Positions 40,298-53,826 of a DNA stretch of 64,000 nt are shown here, piece after piece. Position 1 is the first letter of the stretch. Each line of letters begins with the position of its first letter. The notes beneath the pieces were generated by a model. It saw only the letters and a list, made by a program, of their open reading frames with translations. It was not told the origin of the DNA and searched no databases. Origin of the DNA: Mytilus edulis (lineage: Eukaryota); contig NC_092352.1 in the NCBI RefSeq assembly GCF_963676685.1, positions 76,012,001-76,076,000 on the forward strand, given 5' to 3'. A program made the position numbers and the translations under genes.

Positions 40298-40788
40298 AAA
40301 TAAACTCATCATAGATACCAGGACTTTATTTTGTATATACGCCAGACGCGCGTTTTGTCTACAAAAGACTCATCAGTGACGCTCGAATCCAAAAAAGTTA
40401 AAAAAAAAAAAAAAAAAAGGCCAAATAAAGTACGAAGTTGAAGAGCATTAAGAACCAAAATTCATAAAAGGTATGCCAAATACAGCTAAGGTACTCTATG
40501 CCTAAGGTGGAAAAGCCATAGTTTTCAAAAATTCAAAATTTTCTAAATTTATTAATATAACCATATCAATGATTATTCATGTCAGAACAAAAAGTAAGGA
40601 CTACTGGGCTGGTAATACCCTCAGGGAAATAAATCTCCACCAGCAGTGGCATCGACCCAGTGGTTGTAAATAAACTCATCATAGATACCAGGACTAAATT
40701 TTGTATATACGCCAGACGCGCGTTTCGTCTACAAAAGACTCATCAGTGACGCTCGAATCCAAAAAAGTTTAAAAGGCCAAATAAAGTA
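40298..40788 (-). mobile_element. Hammerhead retrozyme, 1.3 tandem units (370-bp period)
   Basis: Hammerheads at 40339-40382 and 40709-40752. Reverse complement of the 42.9-44.1 kb array. Confidence 0.9.
40709..40752 (-). ncRNA. Type I hammerhead ribozyme, intact
   Basis: gcgtca-CTGATGA-GTCTtttgtAGAC-GAAA-CGCGCGTC-tggcgt. Confidence 0.88.
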
Positions 40789-42018
40789 AATGGGTAATGT
40801 ACATTCGTAGAAGAATATTGTATCTAACAGTATTCATTTTGCAGACTTGAAAAAAGAATGTGGAATTGCCGTACAGGACAACTTTTTATGTATTCAACGC
40901 GAAACTTGATATTATAACACTCTGAGTTTTGACCCTGATACATCTAACGTCATTTGTCTAAAATCTTTAACTGAAGTCGCCTGACAATTCAACGTTCACC
41001 AGAGTACGCCTTTGATATAGATTAAATTAAATTGTATTTACTGAAGACCACCCTAGGAACAGAAAAGCACGCACCACTTCAGCAGCCGATAAACAATATG
41101 GCTTGATGTTCCTTTATGTAATCAAACTATTACCCTCCAAAAGGTCAACAGCTACTGCTGATGTAATATTATGTCTGTTTAAAATTCTTGATGAAAAATA
41201 TACAGTTATAAGGCGTTAAAAAATAGTGGACAGGCATATGTAAATGAATTATCATTTATTTACCTTTTTATTTCGGTATATGATGTGTGCATATGGAATT
41301 TAAAACTAAATGATCAAATAAACATTACAAGAATATAGATATTTTTTATTAAGTAGAGTATGTCCAACACAATAGAAAAAGCTTGCAATTCTTTTTATCA
41401 AATTTGAAAGATTTGTTGGACTCCGAAAAATAGAAATACATTGACGATTGGTTATGTCTATTGATTCCGTTGTCTTTTAATTGATGAAGTAAATTTATCA
41501 ACCTTTAAATATAGTAAGTGGACAAAACTGGTAGAATCGTATTACTTAACTACTTCAAAACCAATTTACATGCATGCGTTTACCGATTAAAAAACCAAAC
41601 CATTTCCTACTTCAAACAGATACCAAAGTGTTAAACCTGACAAACGTGTATGCATTTAGATCCTTCAAAACCAATCAGATTGTACTCTATTGAAAAGTAG
41701 TTCAGAAAATTAATTTGTCTGAAATCTACGGCATAAGAAAAGGTATGGTACGGCCATTACAATTCTGTACTAATCATATTATGTCACCCAAGCGGAAGAT
41801 GAAAATTTGTTATAGTCTAGTTGATCGTTGATTGCTGTACGCCCTCGCTGAAGTGTTTGTCATGTTCAATAAACTATAATCATAATTCAACTTCTGTCGA
41901 AGGAAGAGTCATCAAACGTTGACAAAGTGTCAAAACTGTAGGTGAAATTTTATTACGATTGTCATAAATCAGACGATGCTTTACTACCGTTAATCGTTAG
42001 TGTTTTGTTGTTGTAGTA

Positions 42019-42320
42019 AAAAGTAAAATCACAAAAATACTGAACTTAGAGGAAGATCAATTGGGAAAGTCCATAATCACATGGCAAAATCAAATAACAA
42101 AACGCATCAAAAACGAATGGACAAAAACTGTCATATTCCTGACTTGGTACAGGCATTTTCAAATGTAGAAAATGGTGGATTAAACCTGGTTCTATAGCGC
42201 TAACCCTCTCACTTTAATGACAGTCTCATCAATTTCCGATATTTTTACATGGATGCGTTAAATAAACAGACACAATAAATATAATAGTCAAAATATGGGT
42301 ACATCAGTCATCATCGTTTA
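42019..42320 (-). mobile_element. Family B copy with near-intact twister (42127-42224)
   Basis: P5 ACTGTCAT/ATGACAGT, P3 CATTTTC/GAAAATG, P4 CCTG/CAGG. T1 partner reads GGG instead of GGT (one mismatch). Confidence 0.8.
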
Positions 42321-42990
42321 ACAATTTTATTAATTTATAGTAATAGATTTAGATAAATAACTGATATTCAAATCTCATAAACTAAATCAAAAGATACAAA
42401 TCAAGGTTTATTTTTTTTAAATGAGGTCATCACATGAAAATGAGGCTATCACATGAAAACGAGGTTAAAATTCGGCGGAACCGGGCACGTCGGTAGATGA
42501 GCTAAAACAAAATAGTTGTTGAAATGTTCGTTGATTTTATATAAAACCAGTGTACAGAAAAAGACGTCATCATGGATAACAATACACGTAAGAAGATGTG
42601 GTATGAGTGCCAATGAGACAACTCTCTCATTCAAGTCACAATTGGTAAATGTAAACCATTACAGGTCAAAGTACGGTCATCAACACAGAGCCTTGGTTCG
42701 CACCGAACAGCAAGCTATTAATTTTTATTTGTTCCAATACCAAGTCTTTGATATAATTAAATATGACAAACGTATGTGTTATTATGGTTTAAACTGCATG
42801 CTGAACTATACAAAAATGAAAACAGAAACATCTTGATGTTTGGATCTTGAGTAAAGGGTTTTTATCTTTTCTTTATGATTTGTTCCCCTCTTGCTCTTTC
42901 TCATCAGTGTATTAAACACGTCTTCCTCATAAAAACAAATTCTCTTCAACTTCGAACTTTATTTGGCCTTTTTAACTTTTTTGGATTCGA

Positions 42991-43034
42991 GCGTCACTGA
43001 TGAGTCTTTTGTAGACGAAACGTGCGTCTGGCGT
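42991..43034 (+). ncRNA. Type I hammerhead ribozyme
   Basis: gcgtca-CTGATGA-GTCT/AGAC-GAAA-CGTGCGTC-tggcgt; GUC cleavage after 43028. Confidence 0.85.
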
Positions 43035-43663
43035 ATATACTAAATTTAGTGCTGGTATCTATGATGAGTTTATCTACAACCACTGGGTCGATGCCACTGC
43101 TGTTGGAGATATTTATTTCCCCGAGGGTATCACAAGCCCAGTAGTCAGCACTTTTTGTGCTGACATGAATTGTCATTGATATGGTTATAAATATAAATTT
43201 ACTGTTTACAAATTTTTTAATTTATTGAAATACTAAGGCTTTTCTACCTCAGGCATAGATAACCTTAGCTGCATTTGGCAAAACTTTTAGGAATTTTGGT
43301 CCTCAATGCTCTTCAACTTCGAACTTTATTTGGCCTTTTTAACTTTTTTGGATTTAAGCGTCACTGATGAGTCTTTTGTAGACGAAACGCACGTCTAACG
43401 TATATACTAAATTTAGTCCTGGTATCTATGATGAGTTTATTTACAACCATTGGGTCGATGCCACTGCTGGTGGAGATTTATTTCCCCGAGGATATCACAA
43501 GCCCAGTAGTCAGCACTTTTTGTGTTGACATGAATTGTCATTGATATGGTTATATTTATAAATTTACTGTTTACAAATTTTTGAATTTATTGAAATACTA
43601 AGGCTTTTTTTACCTCAGGCATAGATAACCTTAGCTGTATTTGGCAAAACGTTTTGGATTCGA

Positions 43664-43707
43664 GCGTCACTGATGAGTCTTATGTAGACGAAACGCGCGT
43701 CTGGCGT
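43664..43707 (+). ncRNA. Type I hammerhead ribozyme, intact with palindromic stem III
   Basis: gcgtca-CTGATGA-GTCTtatgtAGAC-GAAA-CGCGCGTC-tggcgt; cleavage after 43701. Confidence 0.9.
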
Positions 43708-46700
43708 ATATACTAAATTTAGTCCTGGTATCTATGATGAGTTTATTTACAACCACTGGGTCGATGCCACTGCTGGTGGAGATTTATTTCCCCGAGGGTA
43801 TCACAAGCCCAGTAGTCAGCACTTTGTGTGCTGACAGGAGTTGTCATTGATATGGTTATATTTATAAATTTACTGTTTACAAATTTTTGAATTTATTGAA
43901 ATACTTAGGCTTTTCTACCTCAGGCATAGATAACCTTAGCTGTATTTGGCAAAACTTTTAGGAATTTTGGTCCTCAATGCTCTTCAACTTCGAACTTTAT
44001 TTGGCCTTTTTAACTTTTTTGGATTCGAGCGTCACTGATGAGCCTTTTGTAGACGAAATGCGCGTCTGGCGTATATACTAAATTTAGTCCTGGTATCTAT
44101 GATGAGTTTATATACATATTTCTTTTAAACCTGCATCAAAAGAGCATTTACAATTTTTTTTTTATTCTTGAAAAAGTCGATCATTTACATATACATTTCA
44201 TTACAAAAGTCTTGTCCTTCCCAGAAGAATATCACTTTTCCTAAATGCCTTCATTTTGATATAAGAAACACAAACACCTATCTCTATTATTCCATTATTC
44301 TTCTTTACTGTACATATACCATTGAATACTTCTTGCCTTACAAAACAAATAATCTTTGAATTTCTGTAGCAAAAACCAATGACAAAAAAAAAACCATTTT
44401 CCTTCAGTAAATGTTAGAAATTCTAAGAAAAACGTTCTCAAAAAGAAAACGGCCTATAGTATGCAATGATTTCATTTATAATCAAAGAGCATTTCAACTA
44501 AATCACAGCACGGCAGTAATCCTCTGGGTGATTAAAACAAAGTCATCTTAAAGTTTAAAAAAGAGCTCATATTTTGCAGCAATGAAGCCATATTACGTGA
44601 AACTTGACATGGAACGAATAGGATTTGTGCGGATAACAAGAATCACTGCAGTTTTCATCATTAACTACGGGAAAAAAATACCCATTAATGATAACATAAC
44701 GACATAGTCACAAACAAGCTCATTTGTCATTGGACAATCGATAATCTCAAGGTCAAAGAGAACAAAACTTTCGTAGAAAAAATTAAGCAACATTGTCTAT
44801 TCAGTTAATGACCCAATACTGTAATGATCAATTAAATTAAAGGGAATAAACGTCCCTCTAGTCGATTATTTGAAATAGCCATGTCAAATGGAATATCATC
44901 GCAGACCTAGTAGTTGTATCTGCATCACGTGGTAAGAATTCTCTGCTGATTGTTAATCGTGTGGGTGCATGAGGAAAGCACATTAATTTCTTTCTTTCAA
45001 GAAAATGTTGTATTGTTTTTCATCGAAAAATAAATAGATTGATTCTTCATTTCATGGAATAAAAGAAAAGAATATAACATGTATACTTTCACCTCAAACA
45101 ATAAAATAGTCGGTTCAAGTGCTTATGTCTGACAAATCAAAAACGCAGTAGAATACACAGTGCAAATGTTATTACTTTCGAAGCACTTTTGTCAATAGAT
45201 AAACTATTACCAGGAATGTTAAATATCAAAACTGAAACAAGCCTTGGAAAGATCACTTAAAGCGCTTACTAAACGAAAAAATTTTGACAAGACCAATAAT
45301 ATAATATGATAATCACAACGTTTCCACTACACAGATAAAGTGAATTTCAGAAAACTATAGATTGTATTACCTCTTAAGTACCATTAAATATTGTGGATTT
45401 TAATATAAAAAAAAATATTTCAGCTACTCACTTGATGGAGTAAAGTAATCCGTCATTTTTCGGGGATTGATAATGATTGCATCAATGTTTTTATACTTTA
45501 AGGGTTTGTTAAGCTGGGTATTACTGCTAAGTAACACATTATTATACTTTTTTCATGAAACAGCTACACCATTAGAATGGAAACTCCCTTTTTTGGTCGG
45601 ACTGCGTTAAACGCGCGATAAACCTAGTACGATGATTTTGCTCGGACGGAGTGAAATGGATGCCACGTTTATGTTATTGGCTACTCCCAAAACTGCACTG
45701 ACAGGTTTCAACCATGTTGAAGTTTCAACATACTATTATGGAAGGTTTAAGATTTTTTTATCTATTTTTCTAGACCAGGTAACAGACGAATTGTTTTTTT
45801 TTTTAGCAAAATATTCTTACGAAGATTACAGTTTTGTGACCGTTTTTTTTTACCAAGATCCCTGAAAACTCACACATACATTAAAGTTGTTCAATTTTCT
45901 GACCTAGGAAATCAAGTGATTCTTCAACACAATTTGCATGAAATAATACCAAAATATTTTCTTTGAGAACAATTTACTGAGGTTGGGGGTATGATTTGAT
46001 ATTCATTTATTGTATTCATTTTTCCTGCAATTCATCTAAGTTTGGTTTAAATGGGACAAATGTCAATCTGTACTGATAAATTGTCTTCTATTGCTCAAAA
46101 CTATTTTGCTTTGATGTAATATGTATCCACATTTGTAAAAACGGTTAGCAATTTGCTGAATTTTAAATATCAATTCACTTAACTATCTATTTTGAAATTT
46201 TTGTAAACTTAAAGATATATACAAATGTACTTTAGGGCGTATCTAACTTACATATAACCATTTTTCTACAGAAGAACTATCACACACGTGGTATTACTCG
46301 TAAAATAGTTCAGTTGCCTTAGTTGATCAGTAAATGTTTACCCTTCCAAAGTATGTAAGTTCATCCCATTTGGGATATGGTCGTTGTTCTGATTTGTGAA
46401 TTGATGTTTGTTGCTGCAGCAACTTCTTTGCGTCTTAAGGCTTTTCCGTCTTAATTGACGTGCAGTTTTTTAAAATGCCCTCGTGTCTTCACACTTTTAA
46501 AGGATTAAAACCCTCACTGTTGAATAGATATAAACTGAATCAAGACTAAATTCATTGCTTACAATTCATTTTGAGATTTAGTTTGCTCTTAATAAAATAG
46601 CTTTTGTACTAGTGAACTCATGCCTCTTGTTGACCAGTCTACGATAATCAAAACATATTCAATAGATATAGGAAGATGTGGTATGAGTGCCAATGAGACA

Positions 46701-47402
46701 ACTCTCCATCTATCAAAGTAAACCATTATAGGTCAAGATACGGTCTTCAACACGGTGCCTATTCTCACACCGAACAGCAAGCTATAAAGGGCCTTAAAAA
46801 TTACTAGTGTAAAACAAGTTTGTTTAAAAAAACAATTCATACACAAAAGCACTTAATTCTTCTTCCATTGCGATTGTATATCATTTAACACACAATGAAA
46901 ATAGTTGAACATATGTAGATATAACATTGTCTACTGTATTGATATTACCAAACAGCAGACATTCCAAGATCAATACACAAGTAGATGTATATTACTACAC
47001 ATAAACATAGTAGTTATTATATTGAAACGCCATTTGACGTTTTAACTAGATTTTTAGCTTCATGTAATCAAAGCTATATTTGAGACTATCCTTATATTAT
47101 TGTTTAAGAGCTTACGGTTGAGATTTTGTCTGATATTTCCTTCTTATTCTGTTTCTCAAAGTATATAAATCAGAGTTTCCAATCACGTCAGTGAAATATT
47201 AGAACTAATATTCCTGGTGATCAGTAATCATCTTAAAAACACAATTATTTTAGAATATATCATCGATATCCATAAAAGTGGACAGACAGTCTGAAGTAAA
47301 ATTTAAGATATCAATAAATGCAATGGTAATAAGTGGATTTGAGATAAATATCTTTTGTGATTGACGACGATTGTGTTAATGAAGTAAGTAAGGAACGTCT
47401 GT

Positions 47403-47588
47403 AATTCGCCGTTACAGTATCTAATGCATTCTGGGTAATATTTCCAAAAGCGTACGCCAAAAATTTGTGATTGGTTTAAAACGTGTTTAATAATAGAAAT
47501 TCAACCAATGGCGCCGTAACGTCATTTTCATTTTGGTGTACGAACAATGAGAGTACCCATAGTCCTCTAGATTCTGAAAAGGCGAATT
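47403..47588. mobile_element. AATT-flanked MITE, copy 2
   Basis: Homologous to 33220-33402, opposite orientation. Confidence 0.7.
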
Positions 47589-47599
47589 GACTTACGACA

Positions 47600-48095
47600 T
47601 GTGCAAACAAATGCAGCTGGTTTGAACAATATTCAAAAGCACAAACACATCAAGCGAATGGATAACAACTGTCATATTCCTGACTTGGTACAGGCATTTT
47701 CTTGGATTAAACCTGGTTTTATATCTAGCCAAACCTCTAACTTGTATGACAGTCGTATCAAATTCCTTGATATTGACAACGATGTGTAAACAAAACAAAC
47801 ATCATAATAGGTGAAAATGTTAAAATAGGGGTACAACAGTCAACACTGAGTTACATTCTTAATCACTATAAAAAAAAAAAAAATGTGCAACAAAGAAGCC
47901 TTGATTGACACCGAACAGCAAGTTATAAAGGGCTCCATAATGACTAGTGAAAAACAATTCAAAAAGGAAAATCAACGGTATAATCTATATAAAAAAAACG
48001 AGAAACGAGAAACATTTATGAACCACATCAACAAATGACAACCACTGAACAATATGTTCCTGCAAACAAATGCAGCTAGTTTAAACCATTTAAAT
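47600..48095 (-). mobile_element. Cluster of family B and family C fragments
   Basis: B at 47635-47900 (twister with P3 partly deleted) abutting C at 47908-48095. Confidence 0.7.
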
Positions 48096-51000
48096 AGCGA
48101 CAACCGTCACTATTACTTGAACCAGTATATTTATCTAATTTACATAATATTGCACTAACAACAAGGAATATTGTCTTGCTCAGAAAAAAAGAAGTTTAAG
48201 TAGTTAATACTAAAGGACATACTGAGAAGGACAATATTTCTTTAAACAATAAAGTTTTAATCCTTTATACCCTTCTACTGATACAAATATCGCATTACAT
48301 AATCACTATATGTTACATCGATAACAATAAAACCAGATTTAATCTACTGTTTTCTACATAAGGAAATACCTATACCATTCGTTTCGTGTGTTTGAGCTTT
48401 TGATTTCGCCATTTGATAAGGTACTTTCCGTTTTAAATTTCCTAGGAGTTGAATATTTTCCTTTTACACACATTTGGAAAATATTTCTGAAAGTTGTTGA
48501 ATCAATGTAGAGTGTGATTATTTTACAAAAAAATGTAATAATCTACTACACCCAAGTGATTATTATTTGAAGAAAATTACTTGTATCCAATCAAAATTGT
48601 TTTAGTCCGAGTACAGAGTCTGATTATTGTAATTTTACTTTACCAAAAACAGTGTGTGTGAAGTGCGGATCCTAAAATATCATTTTCACTGTATATGCCA
48701 TAAACTTCTGATGTAGAATGATAAATAAACAGACGATTTATTTTTGATTTTTGAAGAAAATGAAGAAAATTAGTTAAAATGTATATGTTTATAAATAAAT
48801 AAAAATAGTAAGACACTGTTAGAGATGCGAACGGGGTTTTATCGCGCCTAAAGACATCCAGCTGTGAACTATATACCGAAATAGGTGAATATTTAGGACA
48901 TTTCACAAACAGATCGTGCAGGTGATTTAAAACTAGCAGGTAAGATGTTGTTGCAGAAAAATATTCATTTTAACATAATTATTAAAGTTGTATAACGTAG
49001 AATAGGTTTTGTCATTCAGTTTCTTCATATTGAACTAAATTCCACTATGATGCTTGCTTTGTGCGAGTTATGTTTACTGTCGAATAATGATGCTATACTT
49101 TTTTTTTCACTGTAGAGCGATTAATTAGTATTGTATATGCGGTGCATTTTCACTATATGAATTTTATTATTTTTATCTATTAAAGTCTTGATTTAGCCGA
49201 CTTGCTCAAACATTAGATAAAAGTAAGAAAAGGATTTGATAAAGTTTAACTTGCGGAGGAAAGTTTGATTTAACACTCTAATAAATTTAATAGAAATAAC
49301 ATATATTTCAAATGTATTCCATTTAATTTCTTATAAATCGTAGGGATGTTTATCCTTGGTTTTATTTATCCATTTCCTTGACACTCCATCACTAATTAGG
49401 TACATCTTGATATAGATTAAACCGTTGGTTTTCCCGTTTGAAACGTTTTACACTGGGGCCCTTTATAACTTGCTGTTCGGTGTGAGCCAAGACTCCTTGT
49501 TGAAGACCGTATTTTGACCTATAATGGTCTACTTTTATGAATTGTGACTCGGATGGAGAGTTGTCCCATTGTCACATATGACATCTTCTTATATCTATCT
49601 ATGGCTCAAACCTAAACGGGATGGGATAAAAAGGGATAAAAAACACACTACTTTTCTAATATTTTTATAATGGGCTTGATATGAGTGTTGTCAAATCGTA
49701 CAATTTTGCCTAACCGGTTACTCGGATAGTCGTTCGACCGATTATCCGGTTAACCGGTAGTTTTAGTTCATGTTTGAGATCCTTACCTATAGTACACTAC
49801 AAGTGTTCGTTTTCATAATACGGATGAATTTTAAAAAATATAGAGAATGGAAATAGGGAATGTGTCAAAGAGACAACAACCAAACCAAAGAGCAGATAAC
49901 AGCCGAAGGTCACCCATGATTCTGCAACGCATTTGTCCTATTGCATTATACATGTCATAAGGATTGTCTGTGAGGAATACTGGCGAAGTTTGACTTTTAA
50001 TAATCCAATTCCACCGTACATACTATGGCGTTTGAAGATCTTTATATTGAAAAAAATGATTCTTTCTCTTTCTCTTGATGTCTAGAAAATAATGTGTGGT
50101 GTTTCAATTTTAAAATTAAGCCAGTTGCATCAAGTATACATTAATAACATTCACCTTGGTTTTAGTACAATTTTTTTAAGTTGACATTTCGTTTATCACA
50201 TAAATCTACAATAAAAATTCCTCGCATCTTCGAAAATTCTACATCAGAAATGATTGCACTAATAGTTAAAATAGATCGCTTTCAATAATCGATATGCTAT
50301 ATTATGTTGCTTTTATAACACTTATTTGAACTTTAATGCTATTTTTGTACATTAAAAAGAGATATCAAGATGAAAATATGTTAAATAAAGGCAACAGTAG
50401 TATACCGCTGTTCAAACTCATAAATCCATGGACAAAAAACAAAATCGGGGTAACAAACTAAAACTGAGGGAAACGCATTAAATATAAGAGGAGAACAACG
50501 ACACAACACTACAATGTAACACACACAGAAACGGACCAAGCATCAGACACAATCCCACGAGAATAAAAAATATAACATCAAAACCAAATAAATGAATTTG
50601 GGATAGACAAGTACCGTGACACGTCTTATCGCAATGTGAATTTACACTCAAAAATAAGAGAAAACAAAACTTTCCTTCAAATAAATTATTTTAGTATTTT
50701 CGAAACGTAAACAAATACAGTTTTCCCATGATCCTTTATTCTACAATAGACATACTCGCATATGATAGTGAAAATGAACTAGCTGGATTCGCACTTTATA
50801 TACACTGAAATAGGACAAAACTTTTTAGTAAACCAAACATTTGACAACAAAGGATATATAAGCCTAAATATGCAGAGAAATATATGTCGAAAGGGACCTA
50901 AACAAATAGACAAATTCATTTTAGGTCGACATTACTAGAAAGAGTTTTAATGCTCAAGAATTTCTATATTTATCAACAGAAAAATGACGAACGTTAGTTA

Positions 51001-51439
51001 AAAATCGTGTCCGTTCCGAAGCAATGACCATTGAGTTGATGGTATCATCGGTTACCCAGCAGTGGTGTCGTCCCACTGATATTAAACGAAGAACAATTAT
51101 TAATTTCGCTTGTCCGAAAAGCTTTTCTGATTTTCCTTTATCGGGAAAGCTCACATCATTATTTTTGACAAGCAAAGGAAGTATAAGACATAACCACACA
51201 AAAATACTTATATGTATGAACACTTGAACTATGTTATTTCATAGATTTTTAATACTTTTTGAGTATCTTTTTATACCATCGCCGTTTACAACTGCAAGAG
51301 ATGTTACATTTTTCTTTTAAAATATAAAAACGTATATAAACATAGGTCAAAGTAACATTATAATTCAATGGAAATATTCAAAAATCTGACCATTTTCTAA
51401 AAACAAGAGAATCAGATTCATTATCATTTAACATTTACT

Positions 51440-52055
51440 GATACAGTTACAAGGGAGGTAATGACGTTGCTAACGTAAATTGTTATTTTCGCGACGTCAA
51501 ACTATGACTTATCGGGAACAGATTCAGTTTTCGACTGATTTTTATCATTCAAACTTATTTAACTTGAAAACGAGTTCATGGACCTTTCTTTTTTTAAAAT
51601 GCCATTTGGTTTGATTACGTAAGAAGATTATGTGTGTCAATTTTCATGAAAACGTAAATAGTGCAATTTTTTTGAATTCGATAAATATACAGCAAAAAAA
51701 TGATGTTTTTTTCTACATTCATGAACATTTGATAAATATGAGTTATTTCTAAATAAAAAATGTATAAATTTTTAGAATACTTATAAAATACAAAAATTAC
51801 AAATTAATTAACAAACAAAAATTTTGTGTTTATCTTTGAAAACAAAAAAAAGTTATGTCTTTCTTTCGAAAAAGAAAATACGGCCACAAATCCGGATTTT
51901 GAGCAAATATACAAAATTTCGACATCATTTTACTCAAAAAGTAGCACATGAAAGGTATATATCTATTACATATTTGATTTAATCAGGCAAAAAATAGTCT
52001 ATATGGAAATTTTTATCAAACTGTAAATACGGGATCAAAGCTGTATCGTATGCCC
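51440..52055. mobile_element. Probable Kolobok-like non-autonomous element, left end eroded
   Basis: Right end ctgtatcgtatgccc-TTAA. Only gatacag of the left TIR remains. Confidence 0.4.
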
Positions 52056-53317
52056 TTAATCCTCACACAAAACGTTCACAGCCAATTTCGAAACCCGAAG
52101 ATGCTCGAATAAAGGAAGGAGGAATATTATCAACAAATCAAATCTAAATATATATATCAAAATAGCAAAAAACCATGCGAGTTTCCATATCCTTAAAAGA
52201 GTTATAACTCTAGATTAAAAAAACACCTTTTCTTTTTATCTATATGAATGAAAATTTTTGAGACTTCTGTAAAATTATAACCCTGGTAGCTTTGATGAGT
52301 TATGCTACTGTTATTAGGTATGTAATAAAAAAAGATAACAAATTTGATATAACTCTCATTGTTTTTGTAAACTAAAAAACAAATTTCTAATAGTCCTGGT
52401 AACAATATTTTTATGGCTATTAAATATCCTGCACTCTTCAGAAACAGTGAGTGATTTTATGTATTGGAAAATCGATGACGGTGATAATGACCGTGGCGAT
52501 AGATGTTAGCTGCAAGCTATGAAGGAATATTACGAAAAGAGTTCACTAAACTAGATTAAAAACACATTATATTGTTTCTGCATCCCCTCCCTTGGGAAAT
52601 CTGCACTGATTACTGAAATGAAACTTCACTATCATTTTCTTGATGAATGAGACTGATCCAATAGACCATCAAAAATTGAAATTTGAGGAAACATCCAACA
52701 CTTTTTCAATTTATCTTATACCTTTATCAGTGTGGTTTCGGAATAGTTTTTATGGTTGTAATTTTGCGATATGGTTATGTTTTAGATCGTTCTGATACAA
52801 TCTGCGTCATTATAAAGTTGTTTCTAATATCTGAATAAAGATCGTATCTGTAAACTTTAACTCTAGACATCATTTTATATCCTCATTGTATTTAAAAACG
52901 ACAAAATAAAAAAAATAAGTGTATCTTTTATATATTGATATGTTTATATCTATACTTAATCAAAATGTTATACTAGTATATAAAATGGTTGTAAGGAATC
53001 AGAGTGTTATTAAAAAAATAACCATGTGGATTTCAGCAAATCATAACACGTTAATCCAAACAGTGAAAGAAAAAAAACCTTGATGTAGAAAAACATCGAT
53101 TTTTTTTTTAGCAAATATAGCAATTTTATTCAATCGTTTGCAAAATAAGATACGAGTAAATGCATTTCCCCCACAAGAAATATTACCAACATCTGTGTAT
53201 TAGACTTATTGTATCAAGGTATAGTCCTTTAATGATGCTAGTTTGTCATACTGGCATGAAAATACGGATTTTTTTGTGTTATTAAAATTTGCTGTTACAA
53301 AATGATAGAAATTTTTT

Positions 53318-53597
53318 TTTGGACCTTTTAAATTATAGCTCTTCATCTTTTATATAAGCTTTGGATTTCAAATATTTTGGCCACGAGCATCACTGAAGAG
53401 ACATTTATTGTCGAAATGCGCATCTGGGGCAAGAAAATTGGTACCGTATTTGGCTGTACTTTTTGGACCTTTTAAATTATAGCTCTTAATCTTTTATATA
53501 AGCTTTGGATTTCAAATATTTTGGCCACGAGCATCACTGAAGAGACATTTATTGTCGAAATGCGCATCTGGGGCAAGAAAATTGGTACCGTTAATTT
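53318..53597 (+). mobile_element. 144-bp tandem dimer carrying two hammerheads (53387-53430, 53531-53574)
   Basis: gcatca-CTGAAGA-GACAtttatTGTC-GAAA-TGCGCATC-tggggc in both units. Confidence 0.8.
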
Positions 53598-53643
53598 CAT
53601 TGTCATTGTCCTTACAAATTATTTTAAAATACAAATACAGAAC

Positions 53644-53826
53644 AATTCGCCGTTTCAGAATCTAATGCATTCTGGGTAATATTTTCAAAAGCGTACACCA
53701 AAGCGTTTTGATTGGTTTAAAACGTTATAAACAATGGAAATTCAACCAATGACGTAACGTTATTTTAACTTTGGGGTACGAACAATGAAATTACCCATGA
53801 TGCTTTAGATTCTGAAACGGCCAATT
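53644..53826. mobile_element. AATT-flanked MITE, copy 3
   Basis: aattcgccgtttcagaatctaa...ttagattctgaaacggccaatt. Confidence 0.75.

Larger units (their letters stand above)
42942..44111 (+). mobile_element. Hammerhead retrozyme tandem array (3+ units, 4 hammerheads)
   Basis: CTGATGA cores at 42997, 43364, 43670 and 44035 (periods 367, 306, 365). Confidence 0.92.

Noticed and set aside
42127-42224. tRNA-like cloverleaf on the CCTGACTTGGTACAGG strand (D-loop-like ACTTGGTA)
   Set aside because: There is no proper T arm. The opposite strand explains all conserved bases and both pseudoknots as a twister, and turns several C.A mismatches into G.U pairs.
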